The translations under genes were made by a program, and so were the position numbers. 64,000 nt of DNA from an uncultured delta proteobacterium. Lineage in GTDB: Bacteria; Myxococcota_A; UBA9160; SMWR01. This document shows, piece after piece, positions 27,166 to 36,526 of the stretch. The notes under the pieces were generated by a model. The model saw only the letters and a program-made list of their open reading frames with translations, was not told the DNA's origin and did no database searches. Numbering within the stretch: the stretch's first letter is position 1; each line of letters opens with the position of its first letter. The DNA lies in NCBI GenBank assembly GCA_963832165.1, contig CAWHTE010000003.1:672001-736000 (forward strand), in the 5' to 3' direction.

Positions 27166-28113
27166 ATGGGCCGGAGCCGTTGTGCGAAGGCATTGCTTTG
27201 GCTCGCGATGGGCTCGGCGCTGATAGCGCGCGGCGTGGACGCGGGAGTGGTGTTTTCCGATGACTTCGAGGGCGACGTCTCCTCGATCAGGTCGCGTTGG
27301 GGCGACAGCAGCTCGACCGGCATTTCATTGACGAGTGACATCCCGTCGTCGAGCACGGGAAGCAAATCCCTTCAGCTCAACGCCGGCCTTGGGGGAGTCG
27401 CCCATCTCTTTCACAAACTCCCGGTCGACTACTCCCGGCTCTACTACCGCTACTACGTGAAGTACGAAGGTACGGCGTACCACCATACCGGCGGCATGAT
27501 CGGGGGATACGATCCCCCGACCAGCTATCCGCAGGGCGATGCAGGCCTGAAAGGGATCCGCGCCAACGGCGACCGGCTGCTCGTGGTGAGCCTCGAGACC
27601 CAGTCGAACATGTTGGACTTCTACAACAACTGGATCGACATGCAGGGTTCGACCTACCAAGGTCTTTATTACGGGCGAAACCTGATTCAGGACCTGAACG
27701 TCCCGGTGCCGAATCAGTGGACCTGTGTCGAGGTGATGCTGAGCCTCAACACGCCGGCAAGCGCGAGCAACGGCGAACTGGTCACCTGGATCAACGGAAC
27801 TGCAGTGGCCAACTTTCAGCCGGGAGCCCCGAATGGCTACTGGGATGGCGCGGGAAACTGGCGAATGAGGGTCGGCTCGCCCGCCTTCGGGGGCTTCCGT
27901 TGGCGGGACACGACATCGCTGGGGATCAACTGGGTGAAGCTGCAGAACTACGACGCGACGCCGAGGGTCTGGTTCGACGATGTCGTCGTGTCGACGGAGA
28001 GGATTGGGTGCCTGCCGGAGCCCGCTCTTCCCGGCTCGCTACCGGCCGCCATCGTTCTGCTCGCTGCCCTCGCGCGCCGGCGGTCGCGGGCGGCTCCGCT
28101 ACGGATTCGTTAG
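27166..28113 (+). CDS. Secreted beta-sandwich (polysaccharide lyase/ConA-like) protein with PEP-CTERM
   Basis: Signal peptide, FSDDFE, YYRYYVKY, WTCVEVM, WFDDVVVSTERIGC, then LPEP + hydrophobic helix + RRR. Confidence 0.78.
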   Translation: MGRSRCAKALLWLAMGSALIARGVDAGVVFSDDFEGDVSSIRSRWGDSSSTGISLTSDIPSSSTGSKSLQLNAGLGGVAHLFHKLPVDYSRLYYRYYVKYEGTAYHHTGGMIGGYDPPTSYPQGDAGLKGIRANGDRLLVVSLETQSNMLDFYNNWIDMQGSTYQGLYYGRNLIQDLNVPVPNQWTCVEVMLSLNTPASASNGELVTWINGTAVANFQPGAPNGYWDGAGNWRMRVGSPAFGGFRWRDTTSLGINWVKLQNYDATPRVWFDDVVVSTERIGCLPEPALPGSLPAAIVLLAALARRRSRAAPLRIR

Positions 28114-28223
28114 CCCCAAGAAGCGCGTCAGCGAACGATCGCAAACACGGCGCGACTGCGACCCGGCACCAGCGCCGGGAACGCTTCCGGAAGCGACTCG
28201 ATCTCGATTGCCGCCACGTCCCC

Positions 28224-28488
28224 CTATTCGAGCACCGCGAGGACGTCGTCTTCGCGGATGATCAGATGTTCGTCACCGGCGACCGGATCTCGCTGCCGGA
28301 GTACTTGCCGAACAGCACGTGATCGCCCTTCTGCACGTCGAGCGGGTGCAGCACGCCGTCTTCGTCGACGCGGCCCTTCCTGACCGCGAGGACCTTGCCT
28401 TCCATCGGCTTCTCCTTGGCGGTGTCGGGATGAAGAGACCCCCCTTGGTCTTCGATTCCTCGTCGATGCGTTTCACGAGGATCCGGTC
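28224..28488 (-). pseudogene. groES: Co-chaperonin GroES remnant, 5'-truncated with two frameshifts
   Basis: [21 protein letters not shown] | [15 protein letters not shown]...[14 protein letters not shown] | [17 protein letters not shown]; no start region and no groEL. Confidence 0.9.
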
Positions 28489-28489
28489 G

Positions 28490-28701
28490 ATGTACTGGGC
28501 AGTCGTGTCCGCGATTTTCGGCCAGGCATTGATCCCAGCGACCGATTGCTGGCATATGCCGGCATCGTCTGGCTTGCATTCCATCTCTTCGTGCTGCTGT
28601 ACGAGGAGCCGACGCTGCGCTCGACCTACGCCGGGCAATACGACCGCAATTGCGCCAACGTGCGACGGTGGATTCCCCGGCTGCGCCCCTGGAACGGCTG
28701 A
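28490..28701 (+). pseudogene. C-terminal fragment of an isoprenylcysteine carboxylmethyltransferase (ICMT/PEMT-like) gene
   Basis: [14 protein letters not shown] | [28 protein letters not shown]...[12 protein letters not shown], across a frameshift; not in the ORF track. Confidence 0.75.
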
Positions 28702-28750
28702 GCCGAGCCAGCAGGCGATTGCTCATCCGATTCCCGGCTTCGCAGTGGTT

Positions 28751-28972
28751 TTACCGCGCGATGAACCCGCGCATTTGCTCTAGAGCGAAGTCGATCTCGT
28801 CGAGTGCTGCGCGCGCCTTCTCCATGTAAACGCGCATCGCCTTGAGGTAGCTCTGTCCCTCGGCCGTGAGCTCCGTGCCTTCGAGGAGTCCAACATGGAT
28901 GAAGAACGCGCCCAGCGGATCGCGCAGGTCGTGCAACAAATGCCGAACTTCGGAGATATCCGGCTTTTCCAT
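28751..28972 (-). CDS. Stand-alone HisKA/DHp-like small protein
   Basis: H-box-like LLHDLRDPL followed by two predicted helices; no ATPase domain. Confidence 0.55.
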   Translation of the reverse strand: MEKPDISEVRHLLHDLRDPLGAFFIHVGLLEGTELTAEGQSYLKAMRVYMEKARAALDEIDFALEQMRGFIAR

Positions 28973-29237
28973 TGGGTGAATCATACCTTCGGTCATAGCC
29001 GCGTCGATTGGCGCAGGAGAACTTTCGCGCTTGTCATATCCAACGCGACAAGCCGCGTCCTCTTATGTCCGAGCCATCTTCGCTCGGGCCCGCCATCCTT
29101 GGGGCGAACTTCCCGTGGTCGTGGGGCGAGTAGGGGAGATCGGTCGCATCCGGCTGCCAAATGTGGATCTTTCGCCGTTCCTTCTTGCTCGGCGCTACCA
29201 CGGTGGGCGTATGCTGCGCAGCAGAGGAGGGCGATCG

Positions 29238-29819
29238 ATGAAGGCACTGAGTGAGTTCGCGAAATCGACGCTCATCGGTGGATTGCTGGTCATTGTCCCG
29301 ATCTACTTCTCGGTCCTGCTGCTGGCGAAAGCGCTGGGAGGTTTGATCGCGATGCTCGGACCGATCACAGCGACACTGCCGGAGTCGCTGGAGGCGATGC
29401 GCGGGCTCGTGAGCGTGCTGATCGTCGTGGCGCTCTGCTTCGCGACCGGTCTGGCGATGCGCACGAGGCTCGGGCTCCGGATGTTTCGCAGCTTCGAGCA
29501 CCGCGTGCTCGAGAAGATCCCCGGCTTCGGCGTGCTGCGCAGCGCGGTGCGCCGTATCTCCGGTCGGAGCGACGATGCGATGTTCCAGCCGGTCCTGGTC
29601 GAGATCGAGGATGCGCTCACGCCCGCGTTCATCGTCGAGGAGCTCGACGACGGTCGTTGCGTCGTGCTCGTGCCCTCGGTGCCGACGCCTGCGGCCGGAT
29701 CGCTCTTCATCCTGACGCGCGACCGCGTGCACTGGGTGGACGTCCCGGTCACCGAGGTGATCGCCGTGATCACGCGCTGGGGCGCGGGCGCGGGAAAGCT
29801 CGTCAACGCGATGCGGTGA
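29238..29819 (+). CDS. DUF502 family membrane protein
   Basis: GGLLVIVPI, LEKIPG, VPSVPTPAAG; GAGGAGG RBS. Confidence 0.85.
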   Translation: MKALSEFAKSTLIGGLLVIVPIYFSVLLLAKALGGLIAMLGPITATLPESLEAMRGLVSVLIVVALCFATGLAMRTRLGLRMFRSFEHRVLEKIPGFGVLRSAVRRISGRSDDAMFQPVLVEIEDALTPAFIVEELDDGRCVVLVPSVPTPAAGSLFILTRDRVHWVDVPVTEVIAVITRWGAGAGKLVNAMR

Positions 29820-29871
29820 GACGGAGCTCGCGCAGCGGGAGTACCATGCACGCGTGCCAGAGGAGAGATTC

Positions 29872-30735
29872 ATGACGGTTCGCTGCGGATTCATCGGACT
29901 CGGGATCATGGGCAAGGCGCTCTCGGGCAATCTCGCTCCCAAAGGCCTGCCCACCATCGTCTACGACATCGACCCGGAGGCGATGCGCGAGATCGTGGAT
30001 GGCGGCGCCAAGGCGGCCGGGAGCACGCGCGAGGTGGCGCAGAATGCGGATGTGATCGGCGTCTGCGTGCCCGCCGACCACCACGTCCGCGCCGTGTGCT
30101 GCGGAGCCGACGGCGTGTTCGAGAACGCCCACGAGGGCACCGTGGTTGCGATCCACAGCACGGTGCATCCGGCCACCATCGAGGAGATGGCGGCCGAAGG
30201 GGCGAAGCGCGGAGTGGCCATCCTCGAGGTACCGGTGGCGGGTGGACCCGTGCGCGCGGCCAAGGGCGACGCGTTCTACATGGTTTCAGGCGACGAGACT
30301 GCGTACGAGAAGGCGCGGCCGTACCTCGAGGCCGCCGCGGGCAAGATCATCTTCGCGGGCGCGCTCGGGAATGCGGCCAAGCTGAAGCTATCACTGAACG
30401 TGCTCACGAACATTTCGTTCGCTGCTTCGCTCGAGGGGATGCTCCTCGCCAAAGCGATGGGCCTGCCGCAGGAGCTCTATGAAGAGGGTGGGCAAGCAAA
30501 CACGATGCTGAACGCGCTGCACCTCCAATATCTGAGCCCCTACAAGATGCCCGTGGAGACGCGCCGCTCGGAGAATCTCCAGGCGTATCTGCGAGGTCGC
30601 ATGGAGATCGCCCAGAAGGATCTCGGTCTCGCGCTCGAGATGGCCGACGACCACGGGATTGCGATGCCCGTGACCGGGCTCGTGAAGCAGCTGCTCGCGA
30701 AGGTGTACGGCGTCTACGACGACGATCTGCGCTGA
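29872..30735 (+). CDS. NAD(P)-dependent beta-hydroxyacid dehydrogenase family protein
   Basis: GFIGLGIMG, HSTV, PVAGG, AKLK, KDL. Confidence 0.9.
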   Translation: MTVRCGFIGLGIMGKALSGNLAPKGLPTIVYDIDPEAMREIVDGGAKAAGSTREVAQNADVIGVCVPADHHVRAVCCGADGVFENAHEGTVVAIHSTVHPATIEEMAAEGAKRGVAILEVPVAGGPVRAAKGDAFYMVSGDETAYEKARPYLEAAAGKIIFAGALGNAAKLKLSLNVLTNISFAASLEGMLLAKAMGLPQELYEEGGQANTMLNALHLQYLSPYKMPVETRRSENLQAYLRGRMEIAQKDLGLALEMADDHGIAMPVTGLVKQLLAKVYGVYDDDLR

Positions 30736-30742
30736 GCGAACC

Positions 30743-30775
30743 AATATTGAGGTTCGCGCCAAAAATCCGTAGCGT
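30743..30775 (+). promoter_or_regulatory. Promoter cassette B, copy 1
   Basis: TTGAGG-17-TAGCGT; 24/33 identical to 39289-39321. Confidence 0.65.
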
Positions 30776-30814
30776 GGCGGAGGCCCACCGCGCTGCTTCA
30801 GAGGGAGGGACGCC

Positions 30815-32029
30815 ATGGCCGCCGACCCCACCCGACCCTACGTCGTGATCACGGCCGACTCGCACGCGGGCGCGAGCATCGACACCTACCGCGAGTACCT
30901 CGACGCGAAGCACAAGCAGCTGTTCGACGACTGGCGCGGGGCGTACCGCAATCCGCAGCAGAAGCACATCGGAAGCAAGAAGCACAAGAACTGGGACGAC
31001 GCCGAGCGGTTCGGCGACATGGAGAAAGAGGGCATCGCGGGCGAGGTGATCTTCCCGAACACGGTGCCCCCGTTCTTTCGCACGAGCGTGCTGATCTGCG
31101 GCAATCCTACGCGAGAGGACTATCCGCTCTGGCGCGAGGGCATCCGCGCGCACAACCGCTGGCTCGTCGACTTCTGCGCGGACGCACCCGAGCGGCGCGC
31201 GGGGATCGGCCTCGTCTACCTGAACGACATCGACGCCGCGATCGAGGACGTGCAGTGGATCGCGAAGTCGGGGCTGACCGGCGGAATCCTGCTGCCGCAC
31301 GTGCCGCCCGACTGCGTGCACATCGAGCAGCTCTACTCGCCCGCGATGGAGCGATTCTGGGCCGTCTGCCAGGACGCGGACGTGATCCTGAATCAGCACG
31401 GCGGCACGGGCTCGCCCGAGTACGGCCCGTTCAAGATCTCGCTTCCGATCCGCATCATCGAGGGAATGTTCTACTCGACGCGCAGTCTCCCGCATCTCCT
31501 GATCTCGGGCGTCTTCGAGCGCTATCCGAAGCTCCGCTACATCACGACCGAGACGGGCTGCGCATGGGCGCCCGGCATGCTCAAGAACCTCGACCGGATC
31601 TGGAAGCAGGTGCACAAGGGCGCTGTCGGCGAATTCGAGTTCGCCGACAACGCGGTGCCGCCCGAACCGCCGAGCTTCTACGCGAAGCGCAACTGCTGGT
31701 ACGGCGCGAGCTCGCCGTCGCCGCGCGAGCTCGAGGGGCGACACGAGATCGGAATCGAGCGGATCCTCTGGGGCAGCGACTACCCGCACTACGAGGGGAC
31801 GTATCCGCACTCGATCAAGGCGATGCGCCACGCGCTGCACGACAAGCCCGAGCCCGAGGTGCGCGCGATGCTGGGCGGCAACGCGGCCGAGCTCTACGGC
31901 TTCGACCTCGGCAAGCTCCAGCCGTGGGCCGACCGACACGGGCCAAAGCCGTCCGAGATCGCCGTCGCGCTCGCACCCGATGAGTTTCCGCAGAACACGC
32001 ACACGGGTGCCTTCATGCAGGCTCGTTGA
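30815..32029 (+). CDS. Amidohydrolase_2 family protein
   Basis: ITADSH, AHNRWLVDFC, WGSDYPHYEG. Confidence 0.92.
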   Translation: MAADPTRPYVVITADSHAGASIDTYREYLDAKHKQLFDDWRGAYRNPQQKHIGSKKHKNWDDAERFGDMEKEGIAGEVIFPNTVPPFFRTSVLICGNPTREDYPLWREGIRAHNRWLVDFCADAPERRAGIGLVYLNDIDAAIEDVQWIAKSGLTGGILLPHVPPDCVHIEQLYSPAMERFWAVCQDADVILNQHGGTGSPEYGPFKISLPIRIIEGMFYSTRSLPHLLISGVFERYPKLRYITTETGCAWAPGMLKNLDRIWKQVHKGAVGEFEFADNAVPPEPPSFYAKRNCWYGASSPSPRELEGRHEIGIERILWGSDYPHYEGTYPHSIKAMRHALHDKPEPEVRAMLGGNAAELYGFDLGKLQPWADRHGPKPSEIAVALAPDEFPQNTHTGAFMQAR

Positions 32030-32043
32030 CGCGAGAAGCGCGG

Positions 32044-33303
32044 ATGTCATTTGGCGAGTCGCCGTTCGACCAGGAGCTGAAGGAAGCCTGGGTTCGATTC
32101 TGCGATCGGCTGAAGGCGGCCGGAGATCGCGTGTTCAAGGACGTGAACCCCGCGAGCGCGCTTCAGCGCGTCGACGGCTTCCGCTATCTGACGCAGAACC
32201 TCAGCCAGGCGTTCGACCTCGCGCTCGAGACGAAGGATCCGAAGTTTCCCGCGCTGCACGCGTTCTGCTCGCCCACGCGCAAGCTCGGCTCGGACAACGC
32301 CGACTGCATCTACCTCCAGGCGTGGATCGACGGGGAGTCGGTCTACAAGATCAGCGGAAGGAATGGCACCGCGCGCATGTCGAACATCGCGGTCCAGGGA
32401 GCGCGGTCCGCGATCGCCTACGGCACCGCGACGGCCCGGCCGCTGCACGAGCCGTTCGGCGACACCCCCGAAGCGAACCTGTTCGGCCACGATCTCGAGA
32501 CGAACGGCGACGGCTCGTTCGAGCTCTACATCGGCGGCGAGCGACGCGGGCAGAACTGGCTCCCGACGACCAAGGACAGTCGCAAGCTCTTCCTGCGCCA
32601 GTACTTCGACCGATGGGACGAGGAGGCCGCCGAATACCGGATCGAGCGGGTCGGGATGGCCGAGCCGCGCCCGGTTCCCACGGTCGACCAGATGATCGAC
32701 GCGATGAAGTGGGCGGGGGACTTCGTCTACGACGTGGTCGACTTCTGGCCGGAGTGGCTCTGGGAACCCGGCGATCAGATCGACCCTGCGGCGATCAACC
32801 AGTTCCGAGGCAAGAACATCGCGAGCGACAAGCCCTGGTCGCCGGAGACCGAGGCGATGGACCAGCGCCGCGGCCGTCTGATCACGATGATGCGCTGGGC
32901 GTTAGGCGAAGACGAGGCGTTGATCGTCGAGTTCGACGCCTACGACGGCTTCTGGATGATCACGAGCGAGGCGATCTTCGGCAACAGCATGGACTACGTC
33001 TACCGGCCCGTGAGCTACACGCCGAGCCGGACCGCGGTCGACTCCGACGGCGTGATCCGCTTCGTGCTGACGAAGGATGATCCGGGCTTCTCGAACTGGA
33101 TCGACAACCAGGGATATGCGGCGGGCGTACTCACGTTCCGCAACGTGCACTCGCGGCACGTGCCCGCGCTGCGCACGAAGGTGGCCCCGGCGAGCGAAGT
33201 CGCCCGTCATCTGCCGGTGGAAAGCCGGCGATCGTCACGCGACGATCGCGTCGCCGAGCTGCGAGCGCGGTTCGAAGCGATCCGCCGGCGCTACCGGATC
33301 TGA
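32044..33303 (+). CDS. DUF1214-domain protein
   Basis: GFRYL, GSDNADCIY, RQYFDRW, DDPGFSNWID. Confidence 0.75.
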   Translation: MSFGESPFDQELKEAWVRFCDRLKAAGDRVFKDVNPASALQRVDGFRYLTQNLSQAFDLALETKDPKFPALHAFCSPTRKLGSDNADCIYLQAWIDGESVYKISGRNGTARMSNIAVQGARSAIAYGTATARPLHEPFGDTPEANLFGHDLETNGDGSFELYIGGERRGQNWLPTTKDSRKLFLRQYFDRWDEEAAEYRIERVGMAEPRPVPTVDQMIDAMKWAGDFVYDVVDFWPEWLWEPGDQIDPAAINQFRGKNIASDKPWSPETEAMDQRRGRLITMMRWALGEDEALIVEFDAYDGFWMITSEAIFGNSMDYVYRPVSYTPSRTAVDSDGVIRFVLTKDDPGFSNWIDNQGYAAGVLTFRNVHSRHVPALRTKVAPASEVARHLPVESRRSSRDDRVAELRARFEAIRRRYRI

Positions 33304-33313
33304 GGAATCGCGC

Positions 33314-34471
33314 TCAGGTCGAGAGCCCGTAGAACCGGACCGCGTTCTCCCCGAGGATCTTGCGCTGGGTCGATTCGGGCAGCCCCGCGATCTTCTCGCG
33401 GATCTGGCCCACGACGTTGAACGACGCGTCGAGGTGCGGATAGTCCGACGCCCAGATCACGTAGTCTTCTCCGAGGTGCAAGGCCACCGCCGCCGTGATC
33501 GACTCGTCGGGCTCGGCGGAGATCAGGCACTGGCGCTTGAAGTACTCCGAGGGCAGGAGCTTCATCGGCGTGAACGCGTGCATGACCTCGGTCTTGTGGT
33601 CCATGCGGTCGAGCCAGGCCGTGATCCAGTTCGAGCCCGCCTCGAGCACCGCGAGACGCAGGCCCGGGTACTTCTCGAACATGCCGCGCGTCATCATCGA
33701 GGTGAAGGCCGCCATCACGTCGAGCGCGAGGAATGTGAACGAGAACACGACCGCGCCGCCGATGCCCCGGGGATCTCCTCCGCGCAGGAAGCCTTCGAGC
33801 ATGCTCGTATGGCGCGCGACGACGTGGAAGGCGATGGGCATGTCGAGGTCCTGCACCGTCTCCCAGAACGGCACGAGATCGCGGTCGTCGAACTGGCGTC
33901 CATCGCGCGACTCGGGATCGGGCGAGAGATAGACGCCTGCACAACCGTCCTTGCGCGCGCGCTTCACTTCCTCGACGGCCCCTTCCGGGTCCTTCAGGCA
34001 GATGTGCGCAATCGGAACGAGGCGCTTGCGATCGTGGCTGCAGAAGTCGACGATCCAGCGGTTGTAGGCGCGGCTGTACGCCGTTGCGAGCTGCGGGTTC
34101 GTGACGAGTCCCTCCCACGCGATGCCGATCGTGGGATAGAGCAGCGCGATGTCGATCTTCTCGTCGTCCATTACCGAGAGGCGCGCCGCCGGGTCGTAGC
34201 CGCCGGGCGGGCAGCCATCCTCGTAGCTGCGCGAGCCCACGGTCATCAGATCGGTCGAGTCCATCTCGATTCCACCCAGCGCGCCGAGCGTCCCGCGCAG
34301 GGCGGGGTGGACCTTGTTCTCGACGAGCAGGCACTCGACGCCCTCCTGGTCTTTCTCGATGCGGATCGCGTCGGCGCGATGCTTCGGCTCGAGATACTTC
34401 TGCCAGGTGTCGCGGGGTTCGAGGACGTGGCCGTCGGCATCGACGGTCAAAAAGGCTTGATTGGCGGCCAT
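33314..34471 (-). CDS. Amidohydrolase_2 family protein
   Basis: DADGHVLEP, AYNRWIVDFC, WASDYPH. Confidence 0.92.
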   Translation of the reverse strand: MAANQAFLTVDADGHVLEPRDTWQKYLEPKHRADAIRIEKDQEGVECLLVENKVHPALRGTLGALGGIEMDSTDLMTVGSRSYEDGCPPGGYDPAARLSVMDDEKIDIALLYPTIGIAWEGLVTNPQLATAYSRAYNRWIVDFCSHDRKRLVPIAHICLKDPEGAVEEVKRARKDGCAGVYLSPDPESRDGRQFDDRDLVPFWETVQDLDMPIAFHVVARHTSMLEGFLRGGDPRGIGGAVVFSFTFLALDVMAAFTSMMTRGMFEKYPGLRLAVLEAGSNWITAWLDRMDHKTEVMHAFTPMKLLPSEYFKRQCLISAEPDESITAAVALHLGEDYVIWASDYPHLDASFNVVGQIREKIAGLPESTQRKILGENAVRFYGLST

Positions 34472-34536
34472 GATCGGACTCCCTTCGGACGTGCCAGCGC
34501 AAGCTAGCGTAGATTCTCGGATGGAAGCCGGGACGG

Positions 34537-35349
34537 TCAAACGCCGAGCGACTGAAGCAGCTCGCCGAGATTCGAAGCGGCGCGGCGCGTCGCGTCGACG
34601 CGGCCTTCGGCGTCGATGCGCGGCCCGATCAGCTCGAGGTCGAAGGCGCCGGCATAGCCGGCCGCGAGCGCCCACTCGAGGATCCGCCGAAGCGGGATGC
34701 TCCCGTCGCCGGGAACGGCCCGCGCGGGCAGGGAGCGATCGCCGTAGACGTAATCGGCGACCTGAACCAGCCCGCAGCGCGGCATCACGCGCTCGATCGT
34801 CTGCTCGAGGCCCGCTTCGGTCCAGCACGAGAAGGTGTCGATGCAGACACCGATCCCCGCCATCTCGGCGAGCGTCAGCGCGTCGCGCACGGTGTGGGCG
34901 AGATGCAGGTCGGCGTAGAGCGCCGGCGTCGCCTCCACCGTCAGCTTGATGCCTGCTTCGTTCGCGCGAGCGACGCAGGGCGCGAGCGCTGCGCTGAAGC
35001 TCTCCGCCGCCTGCTCCCAGGTCAAGTTGCCGTGTCCTCCCGTCATCAGGTTGATCGATCGCCCTCCGAGCTCCTCCACGGAGTCGATCACGCGCGACAG
35101 CTTCTCTCGCTCTTCGCGCCACGATTCCGCGTGCGCATTCGCGTGGCGACCCGCCCAGAAGAGATGGGTCATGCTCTCGAACTGATAGGCGCCCGCGTCG
35201 ATGATCTGGCGCGGCAGCGATAGATCGCCGCCGAGCAGCGAGCTCATGAAGCTGATGCGGCGCGGTGCGAGTGCGCGCCAGTGCTCCGCCATCTCCGAGA
35301 GGCCGGCTCCCGGAAAGCACAGCGCGTTCACCGATATCCGATCATGCAT
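34537..35349 (-). CDS. Sugar phosphate isomerase/epimerase (xylose isomerase-like TIM barrel)
   Basis: VE, CID, VQVAD, RAVPGDGSIPL, FDLE. Confidence 0.85.
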   Translation of the reverse strand: MHDRISVNALCFPGAGLSEMAEHWRALAPRRISFMSSLLGGDLSLPRQIIDAGAYQFESMTHLFWAGRHANAHAESWREEREKLSRVIDSVEELGGRSINLMTGGHGNLTWEQAAESFSAALAPCVARANEAGIKLTVEATPALYADLHLAHTVRDALTLAEMAGIGVCIDTFSCWTEAGLEQTIERVMPRCGLVQVADYVYGDRSLPARAVPGDGSIPLRRILEWALAAGYAGAFDLELIGPRIDAEGRVDATRRAASNLGELLQSLGV

Positions 35350-35362
35350 CCGTCCCGCCCTA

Positions 35363-36526
35363 CTATGTACGTTGCTCGATGTCGAGGCCGAAGCGCTCGC
35401 GGTATGGCGCGAACTCGGCGTTCAGGACTTGGAGATCCTCACCGATCACGTCCGTCGAATACTCGAACCTGCCATAGCGGTCGCTCCTGTTGTCGCGCAG
35501 GTAGGTGCGCATGGCGGCTTCGGCCTCGCGCGTGAGGGTCACGTCGCATTTGTCGTAGAACGCGCGGATCGCCGCCGCGGGGTCGGCGACGAGATCGGGA
35601 TAGCGGACGTGGTGGATCCGCGGATCGTCGAGGAAGGGACTGTTCAGTGCGGCCTCGAAGCTCGCGCGCGAGAGCGCGAGGTACTGCGACGCGACCTCCT
35701 TCCAATCGACGCGGCCGACGAGGCCCTCCTCGATCTCCGCGACGAGCACGATGCGCGAGGCGATCACGGGTACCGGGTCGCGGTGCGTCCAGAGGATCCG
35801 CGCGTCCGGATAGGCTTCGAAGAGCGCGGACAGCCGGCTGCTGTGGAAACCCTTGAGCACCCAGGTCCGCTTCGGCCGCGCGTACTGGCAGTGCTGCAAC
35901 ATCATCTTGTGCAGGCGGTACTGCGCGCGCGGATCGGCCGGCAGCCCGCTCATGCGGATGTTCATCGGCACGCGCCACCAGGCCGTGGGCGTCATCACGC
36001 GGAAATCGAACGCCCACGTGCGCTCGCATTCGGGGAGGCCGTCGCCGAGCATGTCGTTGTAGGGATGGCTGATCAGCCACTTGGGGATCACGCGCAGGAT
36101 CTCGCGCCAATCTTCGTCGGCGCGCGCACGCCTCGGATCGTCCGGTCCCGCGAGTCCCGGTGGCGGGGAGGGGTACATCAGCTCCCAGAAACGCAGCGCG
36201 CGCGCGTTCGGATCGACGGACAGGAGCGCGTGCAGGAGCGTGGTTCCGGAACGGGGCTCACCCGTCGCGAAGAGCGGCCGCTCGATCACTTCGTCGCCGA
36301 TCGCAGCGCGCTTGCGGTCCTCGAAGAAACGCAGCCTGGACGTGAGCAGCCAGTGGCAGACGGATGCGGCTGCGCGCTGGCCCACTGGTTCGAGGCCCGC
36401 GTCCCGGATCACCGCGACCGCAAGCGCGAAGCGCTCGGGAAGCGTGTCGTCGCCGTAGTCGCGCAAGCCCGTCTCGGCTTCGGCCGCCGCGAGCAGCGCG
36501 TCGGGATCGAGGAACGGCCTGCTCAC
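35363..36526 (-). CDS. Sulfotransferase family protein
   Basis: 5'-PSB PRSGTTLLH, WVLK, 3'-PB THRDP...S. Confidence 0.9.
   Translation of the reverse strand: MSRPFLDPDALLAAAEAETGLRDYGDDTLPERFALAVAVIRDAGLEPVGQRAAASVCHWLLTSRLRFFEDRKRAAIGDEVIERPLFATGEPRSGTTLLHALLSVDPNARALRFWELMYPSPPPGLAGPDDPRRARADEDWREILRVIPKWLISHPYNDMLGDGLPECERTWAFDFRVMTPTAWWRVPMNIRMSGLPADPRAQYRLHKMMLQHCQYARPKRTWVLKGFHSSRLSALFEAYPDARILWTHRDPVPVIASRIVLVAEIEEGLVGRVDWKEVASQYLALSRASFEAALNSPFLDDPRIHHVRYPDLVADPAAAIRAFYDKCDVTLTREAEAAMRTYLRDNRSDRYGRFEYSTDVIGEDLQVLNAEFAPYRERFGLDIEQRT

Noticed and set aside
22144..28701. Selenoprotein (UGA read-through) near tRNA-Sec
   Set aside because: TGA stops of the neighbouring genes fall at natural C-termini, and the frame breaks are indels rather than in-frame TGA.
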